Below are positions 9,379-17,809 of a stretch of 64,000 nucleotides of DNA, piece by piece. Source of the DNA: Alphaproteobacteria bacterium. GTDB taxonomy: Bacteria; Pseudomonadota; Alphaproteobacteria; Rickettsiales; SXRF01. The DNA is taken from contig JANRJW010000004.1 in the NCBI GenBank assembly GCA_033763775.1, forward strand, positions 8,755-72,754, read 5' to 3'. Numbering within the stretch: the stretch's first letter is position 1; every line of letters starts with the position of its first letter. Made by a program: the position numbers and the translations under genes. The notes beneath the pieces were generated by a model that saw only the letters and a list, made by a program, of their open reading frames with translations, was not told where the DNA came from and did no database searches.

Positions 9379-10506
9379 ATGGCGTGGGATAATCAGGGTC
9401 CGTGGGGCAAACCAGGCGGCAGCAGTGGCATGGGTGGTGGTCCACGCCGGCCGATGGGCGGCGGTGGCGGCGGTAAGCCGCAAGGGCCGGATCTTGATGA
9501 GCTGCTGCGCAAAAGCCGCGAGCAGTGGAAAACCATGTTTCCTCAGGATGGCAATGGCGGAGCGAAAGGGCTCGTGCTGCTGCTGATTATTGTGGTGCTG
9601 CTGTGGCTGTCGTCGGGAGTGTATTTTGTGAAAGCCGATGAGCAGGGCGTGGTGCTTCGCTTTGGCGAATATCATCGCACCACCGGCTCAGGCCTTAACT
9701 ATCACCTGCCTTATCCATTTGAAGGCGTGCTGACACCGAAGGTGACGGCCGTGAACCGCGTGGAGGTTGGCTATCGCTCCGGTTCAGCGCGCACAAACCG
9801 CGAAACGACGGCGGTGCCGGAAGAAAGCCTGATGCTCACCGGCGATGAAAATATCGTCGATATCAATTTCGAGGTGCAGTGGAAAATCCGCGAAGCGCCA
9901 GATTTCCTGTTTAACATCCGCAATCCCGAAGACACGGTGAAAGCCGTTTCTGAAAGCGCGATGCGCGAGGTGATCGGCCAGAGCCAGATTGCTACCGTGC
10001 TTACCGCTGGCCGCGAGGATGTGGCAATGAAAACCAGAACCCTCATCCAGCAAACGCTGGACGATTACAAAGCTGGTATTGAGATCATCGCGGTGAACCT
10101 TCGTGATGTGAACCCGCCTGATCAGGTGATTGCTGCGTTCCGCGATGTGCAATCCGCGCGCGTGGACATGGAAACAGCGCGCAACCAAGCCGAGGCGTAT
10201 CGCAACGATATTCTTCCTAAAGCGCGCGGCGCCGCGCAGCAGATGATTCTGGAGGCAGAAGCCTACAAGCAGGAAGTGATTGCAAGGGCGCAAGGTGAAG
10301 CGTCACGCTTTGCTGCAGTGTATGAAGAATTTAAAATGGCGCGCGATGTCACCAAGCAACGCATCTATCTTGAAACAATGGAAGATATTCTTTCTGGCAT
10401 GAACAAGGTGATCATCGATGAAAAAGGTGCGGGCGGCGTGGTGCCGTACCTGCCGCTTGATTCGCTCAAAGCCAAACAGCCAGCAGCTCAGGAGGTGAGG
10501 CCATGA
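9379..10506 (+). CDS. hflK: protease modulator HflK
   Basis: SPFH/band-7 domain and glycine-rich N-terminus MAWDNQGPWG. GGAGGG Shine-Dalgarno before the ATG at 9379. Overlaps hflC by 4 nt. Confidence 0.9.
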   Translation: MAWDNQGPWGKPGGSSGMGGGPRRPMGGGGGGKPQGPDLDELLRKSREQWKTMFPQDGNGGAKGLVLLLIIVVLLWLSSGVYFVKADEQGVVLRFGEYHRTTGSGLNYHLPYPFEGVLTPKVTAVNRVEVGYRSGSARTNRETTAVPEESLMLTGDENIVDINFEVQWKIREAPDFLFNIRNPEDTVKAVSESAMREVIGQSQIATVLTAGREDVAMKTRTLIQQTLDDYKAGIEIIAVNLRDVNPPDQVIAAFRDVQSARVDMETARNQAEAYRNDILPKARGAAQQMILEAEAYKQEVIARAQGEASRFAAVYEEFKMARDVTKQRIYLETMEDILSGMNKVIIDEKGAGGVVPYLPLDSLKAKQPAAQEVRP

Positions 10507-11420
10507 AGTGGTTAAGTGTTGCAATTATTGCTTTTTTTATCGGGCTGTTTGTGCTGTTTAATTCGCTGTTTGTGGTGCGCCAGACCGAGCAGGCGCTGGT
10601 GCTGCAATTCGGCAAGCCGATTCGTGTGGAGCAGGATCCCGGCCTTGAGTTCAAGGTGCCTTTTATTCAGAATGTTGAGTTTTACGACCGCCGCCTGCTT
10701 GATTTTGATGCCGAGCCGAAAGAAGTTACCGCGGCTGACCAGAAACGCCTGATGGTCGATGCGTTTGTACGTTACCGCATCACCGATCCGCTGCTGTTTA
10801 AGCAAACAGTGGGCAGTGAGATCAATATGCGCAGCCGCCTGAACTCGATTCTGGAAGCGAGCCTTCGTCAGGTGATTGGCCGCGTGCCGCTTTCCGATGT
10901 GATCTCGGAAGAGCGTGACGACATCATGGAGCGTATTCGCGTGCTGGTAAACGCGCAGGCTTCGGGCGCACAGCTCGATGCGGATGGCAACCTGATCAAA
11001 GGCCAGTCGCGCGGGTTTGGTGTGGATGTGGTGGATGTGCGCATCATGCGCGCGGATCTGCCGAAAGAAAACTCGGAAAGCATCTATAAACGCATGCAGA
11101 CCGAGCGCGAGCGCGAGGCTAAGGAATTCCGCGCAAAAGGTTCGGAGGATGCGCAGAAAATTCGCTCTCAGGCGGATAAAGAGCGCACGATTATTCTGGC
11201 TGAAGCTAAGAAAACCGCTGAGATCACGCGCGGTCAGGGCGATTCGCAGGCGACCAAGATTTTTGCTGATTCATTTGGCAAGGACGAGGAGTTTTTTAAA
11301 TTCTACCGCACCATGCAGGCCTATCGCAAAACGCTGGGCAAAGATGACACCACCATGGTGCTCTCGCCTGATAGCGACTTCCTGAAATATATAGAAAAAG
11401 GTTCCAGTTCAACACGTTAG
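10503..11420 (+). CDS. hflC: protease modulator HflC
   Basis: 305 aa. N-terminal TM plus SPFH domain, directly coupled to hflK. Confidence 0.9.
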   Translation: MKWLSVAIIAFFIGLFVLFNSLFVVRQTEQALVLQFGKPIRVEQDPGLEFKVPFIQNVEFYDRRLLDFDAEPKEVTAADQKRLMVDAFVRYRITDPLLFKQTVGSEINMRSRLNSILEASLRQVIGRVPLSDVISEERDDIMERIRVLVNAQASGAQLDADGNLIKGQSRGFGVDVVDVRIMRADLPKENSESIYKRMQTEREREAKEFRAKGSEDAQKIRSQADKERTIILAEAKKTAEITRGQGDSQATKIFADSFGKDEEFFKFYRTMQAYRKTLGKDDTTMVLSPDSDFLKYIEKGSSSTR

Positions 11421-11492
11421 AATTGTAACCTAAACTTAATACACGAATCTTTCGACCTCTGCTACGATGATATTAGAAGGTAGGGGGGAAGC

Positions 11493-12230
11493 GTGGCTGT
11501 AAGCAAAGATGTTCACGCCATTCACGGCAGCTGGTCGTGTGAGCTGGCGGATGATGGTTCTGTGCTTTGCTATGTTGGAAAATTTCATCAGGAAGATAAG
11601 CATCATGCACAGGGTACGGCCAGATTTTTTGAACACGCAAAAATAACAAAAGGCTACCATGAGCCTCTTAAAGATGCCGATAACCGCTGGGTTGTCAGGG
11701 TTTGGCGTTATGATAAAATTCATGCGTTCGAACGTTGGCCGCGTTTTGCAGACTTACTCCCGGATATCGCCAGATCGCTTGAGCAAGATATGCAAATGCG
11801 CGAGATTGAAGATTGGCGTCAGACGATAAAAAATCAAAGTGCGCCGCGTTTCAAACCGCTAGCAGAAAAATATGCAGAAGCTATTGTCAAACGCCTGCCG
11901 TGGGAAATGGTTGATGTAGGCCACCAGCGTAGCTATGTGGTGGAAGTTGCCGAGCCAGTCTTGGCATTGCAGCTGGCTGTTTACCTTGCGCGTCATGGGT
12001 TTATCTCAAACAATGAACGCTGTCGCATTGAATCAGAAGTTTCTTATGCGCTGAAGGAAAATAATTTTGCAGTTGATTGGTCGCGACGCATTGGCATAGA
12101 TGCGTCGAAAGCAGAATCTTTTGGTGAACAATTTGTGTCAGGCGCTCCGATGCCTTTGCTTTCTCTTGAAGAGATTCGCTCAATTATGCATAAATCTATC
12201 GGTAAAAATGGCTGGTCGCTATCTGCATGA
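11493..12230 (+). CDS. hypothetical protein
   Basis: 245 aa. GTG start after a GGGGGGA purine run. Visibly AT-richer than its neighbours. No family recognised. Confidence 0.5.
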   Translation: MAVSKDVHAIHGSWSCELADDGSVLCYVGKFHQEDKHHAQGTARFFEHAKITKGYHEPLKDADNRWVVRVWRYDKIHAFERWPRFADLLPDIARSLEQDMQMREIEDWRQTIKNQSAPRFKPLAEKYAEAIVKRLPWEMVDVGHQRSYVVEVAEPVLALQLAVYLARHGFISNNERCRIESEVSYALKENNFAVDWSRRIGIDASKAESFGEQFVSGAPMPLLSLEEIRSIMHKSIGKNGWSLSA

Positions 12231-12307
12231 TAATGGATGACGTACTTGTCACTTGAAAAACCTCAGCTCAGCACTTAGCTTTGGCATGGTTTCTTATGAG
12301 GTTTGCC

Positions 12308-13711
12308 ATGAAGTGCCTTTTTGCTGCTTTTCTGCTCACTTTTTCCCTAATCGGCGGCGTGCAGGCACAAAGCACCGTACCGCAAGCTGGTTTTGCTGAC
12401 CTGGTGGAAAAGCTCTCGCCAGCGGTGGTGAATATTTCCACTACCCAGAAGGTGAAAAACCCGCCCATGATGTTTGGCATGCCATTTGAGGGGCTGCCAA
12501 ATAGCCCTGAGATGGAGCCGTTTCGTGAATTTTTTGATCGCTTTGGCCAGGGTATGAAGCAAGCCCCCGAGCGCGAGGCAACCTCGCTGGGCAGCGGCTT
12601 TGTGATTGATCCTAAGGGCTATGTTATCACCAACAACCATGTGGTGGAGCAGGCCGAGGAAATCACCGTGATTTTTTCGGATAATACCAAATACAAGGCC
12701 GCCATTGTCGGGCGCGACAAAAAAACCGATCTGGCGCTGCTTAAAATTGATGTCAAAAAAGACCTGCCATTTGCTGTGATGGGTGATTCGGATGCCATGC
12801 GTGTCGGCGACTGGGTGATTGCCATTGGCAACCCGTTCGGCCTTGGCGGATCGGTCACGCAGGGGATTATTTCGGCCAGGCAACGATCCATCAATGCCGG
12901 GCCTTTCGACGACTTTCTGCAAACTGACGCGCCGATCAACCGCGGTAATTCCGGCGGCCCATTATTTAACACCAAGGGCGAGGTGATTGGGATTAATACC
13001 GCTATTTTTTCGCCCTCCGGCGGTTCGGTGGGGATTGGTTTTGCGATTCCTACGGCGCTCGCAAAGCCAGTGGTCGAGCAGCTCAAGGCCAGCGGCAAGG
13101 TGACGCGCGGCTGGCTTGGCGTGAAGATTCAGGAGGTTTCGGAAGAAATCGCTAACAGCGTCGGGCTGGAGAAGCAGATGGGCGCGCTGGTGCTGGATGT
13201 GAGCAAAGCGAGCCCAGCCGATAAGGTTGGTATTCAGGCGGGCGATGTCATCACCCATTTCGGCGGCAAGGAAATCAAGGAAATGAAAAACCTGCCAAGG
13301 CTGGTCGCGGAAGCGCCGATTGGTAAACCGGCTGAGATCCGTTTCTGGCGCTCGGGCAAGGCCATGAGCGGTATGATCACCGTTGGTGAGCTGAAGGACG
13401 AGGCGGAGAAGGCGGGCGCGGGTAGCAAAGGCTCGCCAGCTGTGCCGGCGGCGGGTGAAGTGGTGCTGGGCATGCGGCTGGTGCAGGGTGAGGGTGAGCT
13501 TCAGGTGGCTGAGGTGGAAGCTGGCTCTGAGGCAGCAAAGCGCGGCGTGAGGGAAGGGGATGTGATTCGCGAGGTGGGCGGCGAAAAAGTCACCAGCGCC
13601 TCCGGCCTCAAACAAGCCATGCAGGCGGCAAAAAAAGCAGGGCGTAAATTCGCGCTGGTGCGTATTTCGCGCGGCAGTGAAGAGGCCTTTATCCCGCTTC
13701 CGGTGGAGTGA
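12308..13711 (+). CDS. degP: periplasmic serine endoprotease DegP/HtrA (Do family), two PDZ domains
   Basis: Signal peptide MKCLFAAFLLTFSLIGGVQA, catalytic TNNHV, DLALLK and GNSGGPL motifs, PDZ regions. ATG at 12308 with GAGG upstream; the track start at 12281 is TTG. Confidence 0.9.
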   Translation: MKCLFAAFLLTFSLIGGVQAQSTVPQAGFADLVEKLSPAVVNISTTQKVKNPPMMFGMPFEGLPNSPEMEPFREFFDRFGQGMKQAPEREATSLGSGFVIDPKGYVITNNHVVEQAEEITVIFSDNTKYKAAIVGRDKKTDLALLKIDVKKDLPFAVMGDSDAMRVGDWVIAIGNPFGLGGSVTQGIISARQRSINAGPFDDFLQTDAPINRGNSGGPLFNTKGEVIGINTAIFSPSGGSVGIGFAIPTALAKPVVEQLKASGKVTRGWLGVKIQEVSEEIANSVGLEKQMGALVLDVSKASPADKVGIQAGDVITHFGGKEIKEMKNLPRLVAEAPIGKPAEIRFWRSGKAMSGMITVGELKDEAEKAGAGSKGSPAVPAAGEVVLGMRLVQGEGELQVAEVEAGSEAAKRGVREGDVIREVGGEKVTSASGLKQAMQAAKKAGRKFALVRISRGSEEAFIPLPVE

Positions 13712-13715
13712 TTTT

Positions 13716-14549
13716 TTAGCTGATGGCGTAGATCAAAGCGCTTAAATCACAATGATTTAGCTGATTTTTCGCCTGCGCGCGCACGTTTGGTTTGGCGTGG
13801 TAGGCAACGCCAAGACCTGCGGCGAGCAGCATCGGCAGATCGTTCGCCCCGTCGCCGATGGCGATGGCTTCAGCGGGAAAGATGCCAAGTTTAGCGCATC
13901 CCTCATTCAGCGCGGCGAGTTTGGCATTTTTATCGAGAATGGGGGGGATGACGCGGCCTGTCAGCTTGCCTGCTGCGATTTCGAGCTTGTTGCTGCGCTC
14001 CTCATCAAACCTGAGCCGCGCTTTGATACGCTGGGTATAAAAACTGAAGCCACCAGAGACGAGCATGGTGTAAATACCGGCATCTTTCAGCGCTTTCATC
14101 AGCGCCTCGGCGCCGGGCATGAGCCGCACGCGCTCATCGTAAACTTCCTGCAAGGCTGATTCGGGCAGGCCAGCAAGGAGGCCTACGCGCTCTTTCAGCG
14201 CCTGCTCAAAATCCAGCTCGCCATTCATGGCGCGCCGTGTGATGGCTTCGATTTTATCCCTGAGGCCGACATAATCCGCCAGCTCGTCGAGGCATTCATT
14301 CTCGATGATGGTCGATTCCATGTCCGCAACGAACAGCTTATAGCGCGGGCGGGGATGGGGCTGGATGATGATGTCAGATGACAGATGACGGATGACGGAT
14401 GACGAATAGTTCTCGACGATCAAACGACAAGCGATGCCTGCTTCCAGCCAGCATACATCTTGCGCCTTAAGATCGCGCGCGGCGCTATCCACCTCTTGCG
14501 TTGTCAGTGGGTTTTGTTTGGGGTTGGCAAGCAGGGTGATGGAAAACAT
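13716..14549 (-). CDS. serB: phosphoserine phosphatase
   Basis: 277 aa. HAD motifs (FVADMESTII, SGGF, GDGANDL). Divergent from miaA. Confidence 0.85.
   Translation of the reverse strand: MFSITLLANPKQNPLTTQEVDSAARDLKAQDVCWLEAGIACRLIVENYSSSVIRHLSSDIIIQPHPRPRYKLFVADMESTIIENECLDELADYVGLRDKIEAITRRAMNGELDFEQALKERVGLLAGLPESALQEVYDERVRLMPGAEALMKALKDAGIYTMLVSGGFSFYTQRIKARLRFDEERSNKLEIAAGKLTGRVIPPILDKNAKLAALNEGCAKLGIFPAEAIAIGDGANDLPMLLAAGLGVAYHAKPNVRAQAKNQLNHCDLSALIYAIS
14370..14404. repeat. five tandem heptamers GATGWCR inside serB
   Basis: gatgtca gatgaca gatgacg gatgacg gatgacg. Confidence 0.8.
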
Positions 14550-14559
14550 AATTTTATCA

Positions 14560-14624
14560 TTTCCGCATCAGCGGGAATCCTGTAAATAGTTTAGCGCAGG
14601 ATGCCTGCTTTCGCAGGCATGACA
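14560..14624 (+). repeat. double-hairpin repeat related to copies A and C, upstream of miaA
   Basis: tttccgc-atca-gcgggaa, then atgcctgc-tttc-gcaggcat followed by gaca-AGGA. Ends 10 nt before the miaA ATG. Confidence 0.7.
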
Positions 14625-14633
14625 AGGAAAAAA

Positions 14634-15485
14634 ATGAAAAAAATTCATATCATCGCCGGGCCAACTGCCAGCGGTAAGTCAGCGCGGGCACTGGCGCTGG
14701 CGGAAAGCACGGGCGGCGTGATCATCAACGCGGATTCGCAGCAGCTTTTTAAAGACCTGCCGATTCTGACTGCGCGCCCAACCAAGCAGGACGAAGCGCG
14801 CGCACCGCACAAGCTTTACGGCTTACTCAACGCCAACGAATCGCCCTCGGCTGGGAAATGGCTGAAATGGGCAAAGATGGAGATTGACTGGGCACTCGCT
14901 GAATGCCGCCTTGCGATTGTGGTGGGGGGAACTGGGCTTTACCTGAAGGCGCTCACCAAGGGGCTAGCCGAAATTCCTGATATTGACACGGCAGTGACAA
15001 AGCAAGCAGCGAATGATTATGAGGCAATGGGAAAAGCTGCGTTTGAGGAACGGCTGAAAGTGGTTGACCCGCTCTTTTTTGAGCGGCTCAAGGTGTATGA
15101 TAAGCAGCGGCTCATTCGCGCTTACGGCGTGTGGCTTGGTTCCGGCAAGCCGCTCACCTACTGGCAGCAGCAGGAGCAAAAACCGTTTTATTCCGAGGAT
15201 TATTTCGAAATCGAAAAGATAGAGGCGGAGCGCGAAGAACTCTACCAGCGCTGCGACCAACGTTTTGATAAGATGATAGAAATGGGCGCAGTAGAGGAAG
15301 TGCGTGAATTTATCGAAACCCGCCAGCTGGCTGCTGCTGGTTTGGAGAAGATTATCGGCTTCAGGGAGCTTTCTGCCTATCTACGCGGCGAGCTGGTGCT
15401 TGAACAAGCAATTGATAAAGCAAAACAAATGACCAGAAACTATGCCAAGCGCCAGATGACCTGGTTTCGGCATCAATTGTCATGA
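14634..15485 (+). CDS. miaA: tRNA dimethylallyltransferase
   Basis: IIAGPTASGKS P-loop and typical MiaA body. ATG at 14634 after AAGGA. The track extension (MPAFAGMTRKK) is encoded by a hairpin repeat. Confidence 0.9.
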   Translation: MKKIHIIAGPTASGKSARALALAESTGGVIINADSQQLFKDLPILTARPTKQDEARAPHKLYGLLNANESPSAGKWLKWAKMEIDWALAECRLAIVVGGTGLYLKALTKGLAEIPDIDTAVTKQAANDYEAMGKAAFEERLKVVDPLFFERLKVYDKQRLIRAYGVWLGSGKPLTYWQQQEQKPFYSEDYFEIEKIEAEREELYQRCDQRFDKMIEMGAVEEVREFIETRQLAAAGLEKIIGFRELSAYLRGELVLEQAIDKAKQMTRNYAKRQMTWFRHQLS

Positions 15486-15567
15486 ATTCGTCACTTACTT
15501 TTAATGCAGTGTTATTTTATGCTGCTATTACGAATGTAAATTTTAATAAATATGAATGTGTAGATAA

Positions 15568-17775
15568 ATGACAACACAAGACAAGAAAAACACCATGCTT
15601 CCATGGCATGTGGTGTTTGTAGCCAGTACGACGCCAGAAAAACTCAGGGATTTTCAGGTTGCTGCCACGGCTAAGGGGTGGCCGATTCTTTTTGCGGATA
15701 TCCGTGAGATTATAGGCGTCTATCACAACGTGGACGAAAACGGCAAAGATTTTAAGGTCAATGCTGGCTTGAAGCGTAGCGTGATTGAGCGCTTTGTTGA
15801 TGTGCTGCGTAAGGATGACAACAATCTCAAGCAGTGGTGCCAGAATAACGGGTTGGAGTTTGATCGTGCCCGGGTGCATTTCATGACCGAGGATTCGGGT
15901 TTTAGTGTACCAAAGGAGATATGGGACAAAATTGATAAGGACGGAATCCCTGACTACGTTCAGAAAAGAATTGATGAATCGAGTTCCCGCAGGCTTGGCG
16001 GGCCAGGTGTGGAGACTGGCCCTGTGGTAAGTGCGCTTCTGGGCGCGGGTAACCTGATGGGGCGTATCTTGCAGGCGGCTGGACCAGATATTCAGCGCGC
16101 CCATATCGAAGCGAAACAATATAGCACCGTCGCGGTTCTTTCGCTGAACCACCCGAACCACACCTTCAAACCACTAACGGTAGAGGTTGCCAGCTATATT
16201 CGTCCTAATTCTGACGATGGCCCGCGTGTCAGTAATTATAATTATGTTCGCTCTAAGGAAAAACCATATAGTTCGGCTGCTGCATTGGGTGAGCAATATA
16301 TTTCCAATTACAGCCCGCGCGCAAAGATTGTTGATTATCTGGCCGAGGATGTCTGCAAGCTCAGCCCTGCTCAGAAAATAAAAACACCCCTTAAACGCCA
16401 ACCCGCCAAGCAGTTTAAAACGGCATTGCTTGGAGCAGATCGCGGTGAAAAGGATTCGCTGCGTCAGTTTCTGATGGACGCAGGTAAACGAGATCAGATG
16501 ACACCGACAGAAATCGTATCATTTGACGCTTCCCATCAGCCTATTGAGGTCGGATCTGCCTCAATGCGGGCGAATGCTGCCTTATCATACGTGGAAAATC
16601 TACTGAGTGAGACTAACGCAGTATTATTGCCACCGTCTGATATTGAAAACTCAGTTGATCCATTGTTTGATCGAGCAAAGCAGCTTTATGACCTGATGTC
16701 GCTCATTGTGGCCAAGCAGCTGAACCCGCGCGATAGCAACAAGCCCATCATTATCATGAACCATAAAGGTGCCTGGGATGATGCGGTGAGGCTCCATTAT
16801 GACCTCGCGAACATGTCGCTGACGAAGGAGCACTCTATTTTGCTGCCAGTAGATGTTAATGGCAATGGTGCTGCTGTTAAGGCTCATTCCAACAGCTATT
16901 TTCATGTGTTAAGCGGTGATGACCAGCGCAAAATCGAAAAAGCCGCAAGCTATCTGCTGTCGCAGGCAAGGCAGGGCTTTGTATCGGTAGAAAATTCAGA
17001 GCAGCCAACCATGCAAGAGGGCACTTCGCCCGATAAAGATCAGCGATTCAAGGTGGCGGTATTTTGTTCCGCCAGCTGCGAAAACGCCACACTTAATGCA
17101 TCGCTGAAGGATTTATCATACCGCCTTTCAAAAGATGGTTATGGCATCATTTATGGCGGGGGTGACCGCTACACAATGGGCGCGGTACTGGATGGTGTTA
17201 GGCGGCATCGCGACGAGCTGGTGGCGCAGGGCATGACGGCGGTGGCGGCCAAAGAAGCAACCTATATTGCTGGTATCAGCACTGATTTAATCGCGGCAGC
17301 GGAAACCGAAAAAGGTGAGCTTTCGCCCGACCTTAACTATCGCGAGCTGACCCGCGATATTTATGACCGTATGGCCAAAATGCTGGTACCTTCTGATGCC
17401 ATTGTCATCGCACCGGGCGGTGCTGGAACCGTGCAGGAATGGATGGCAGCGCTTATGCTACGAAAACTCGAGCCAGAGAGTTTTGCCGGTAAGCCTATTG
17501 TGGTCTATAATCCCCAGCTTCTTAAAGAAAAACCGGGTCTTGCAGAACATGAGAAAAAAGTCTGGGACGGCCTGCTTAAGCACATGCTTGGCGAAAAGGA
17601 CTATCGCCTTTTAACCTCGGCAGAGCCAGCGATGCAGGCGGCGCGTCTCAGACGTAGTCGTGAGCTGGGCATCTATGTGGAGACGCAGGTCGAAGATGTT
17701 CAGCAGCGCCTTGATCAGCTTGCTCGTGAAAAAAATACTGCACACAGGCAGGGTGCTGGCGTTGCTATCGGATAA
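15568..17775 (+). CDS. multidomain protein: N-terminal Ham1/RdgB (ITPase)-like domain, degenerate LOG-like middle domain, C-terminal LOG/TIGR00730-like domain
   Basis: 735 aa. aa ~14-260: VVFVASTTPEKLRDF, VDENGKDFKVNAGLK, TEDSGFSV and LGGPGVETG parallel the ITPase motifs (ATgNxgK, EEtGxtFxeNAxxK, DDSGL, LnGxPGv). aa ~495-650: VAVFCSAS, YGGGDRYTMG and APGGAGTVQEW match GGGxxGxMG and PGGxGTxxE. aa ~285-455 keeps the LOG layout (KPIIIMNHKGAWDD), but PGGxGT is replaced by PPSDIEN. Confidence 0.6.
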   Translation: MTTQDKKNTMLPWHVVFVASTTPEKLRDFQVAATAKGWPILFADIREIIGVYHNVDENGKDFKVNAGLKRSVIERFVDVLRKDDNNLKQWCQNNGLEFDRARVHFMTEDSGFSVPKEIWDKIDKDGIPDYVQKRIDESSSRRLGGPGVETGPVVSALLGAGNLMGRILQAAGPDIQRAHIEAKQYSTVAVLSLNHPNHTFKPLTVEVASYIRPNSDDGPRVSNYNYVRSKEKPYSSAAALGEQYISNYSPRAKIVDYLAEDVCKLSPAQKIKTPLKRQPAKQFKTALLGADRGEKDSLRQFLMDAGKRDQMTPTEIVSFDASHQPIEVGSASMRANAALSYVENLLSETNAVLLPPSDIENSVDPLFDRAKQLYDLMSLIVAKQLNPRDSNKPIIIMNHKGAWDDAVRLHYDLANMSLTKEHSILLPVDVNGNGAAVKAHSNSYFHVLSGDDQRKIEKAASYLLSQARQGFVSVENSEQPTMQEGTSPDKDQRFKVAVFCSASCENATLNASLKDLSYRLSKDGYGIIYGGGDRYTMGAVLDGVRRHRDELVAQGMTAVAAKEATYIAGISTDLIAAAETEKGELSPDLNYRELTRDIYDRMAKMLVPSDAIVIAPGGAGTVQEWMAALMLRKLEPESFAGKPIVVYNPQLLKEKPGLAEHEKKVWDGLLKHMLGEKDYRLLTSAEPAMQAARLRRSRELGIYVETQVEDVQQRLDQLAREKNTAHRQGAGVAIG

Positions 17776-17809
17776 TCATTGACGCAAGCTGGCTGCAGCA
17801 CTAGGCTAA

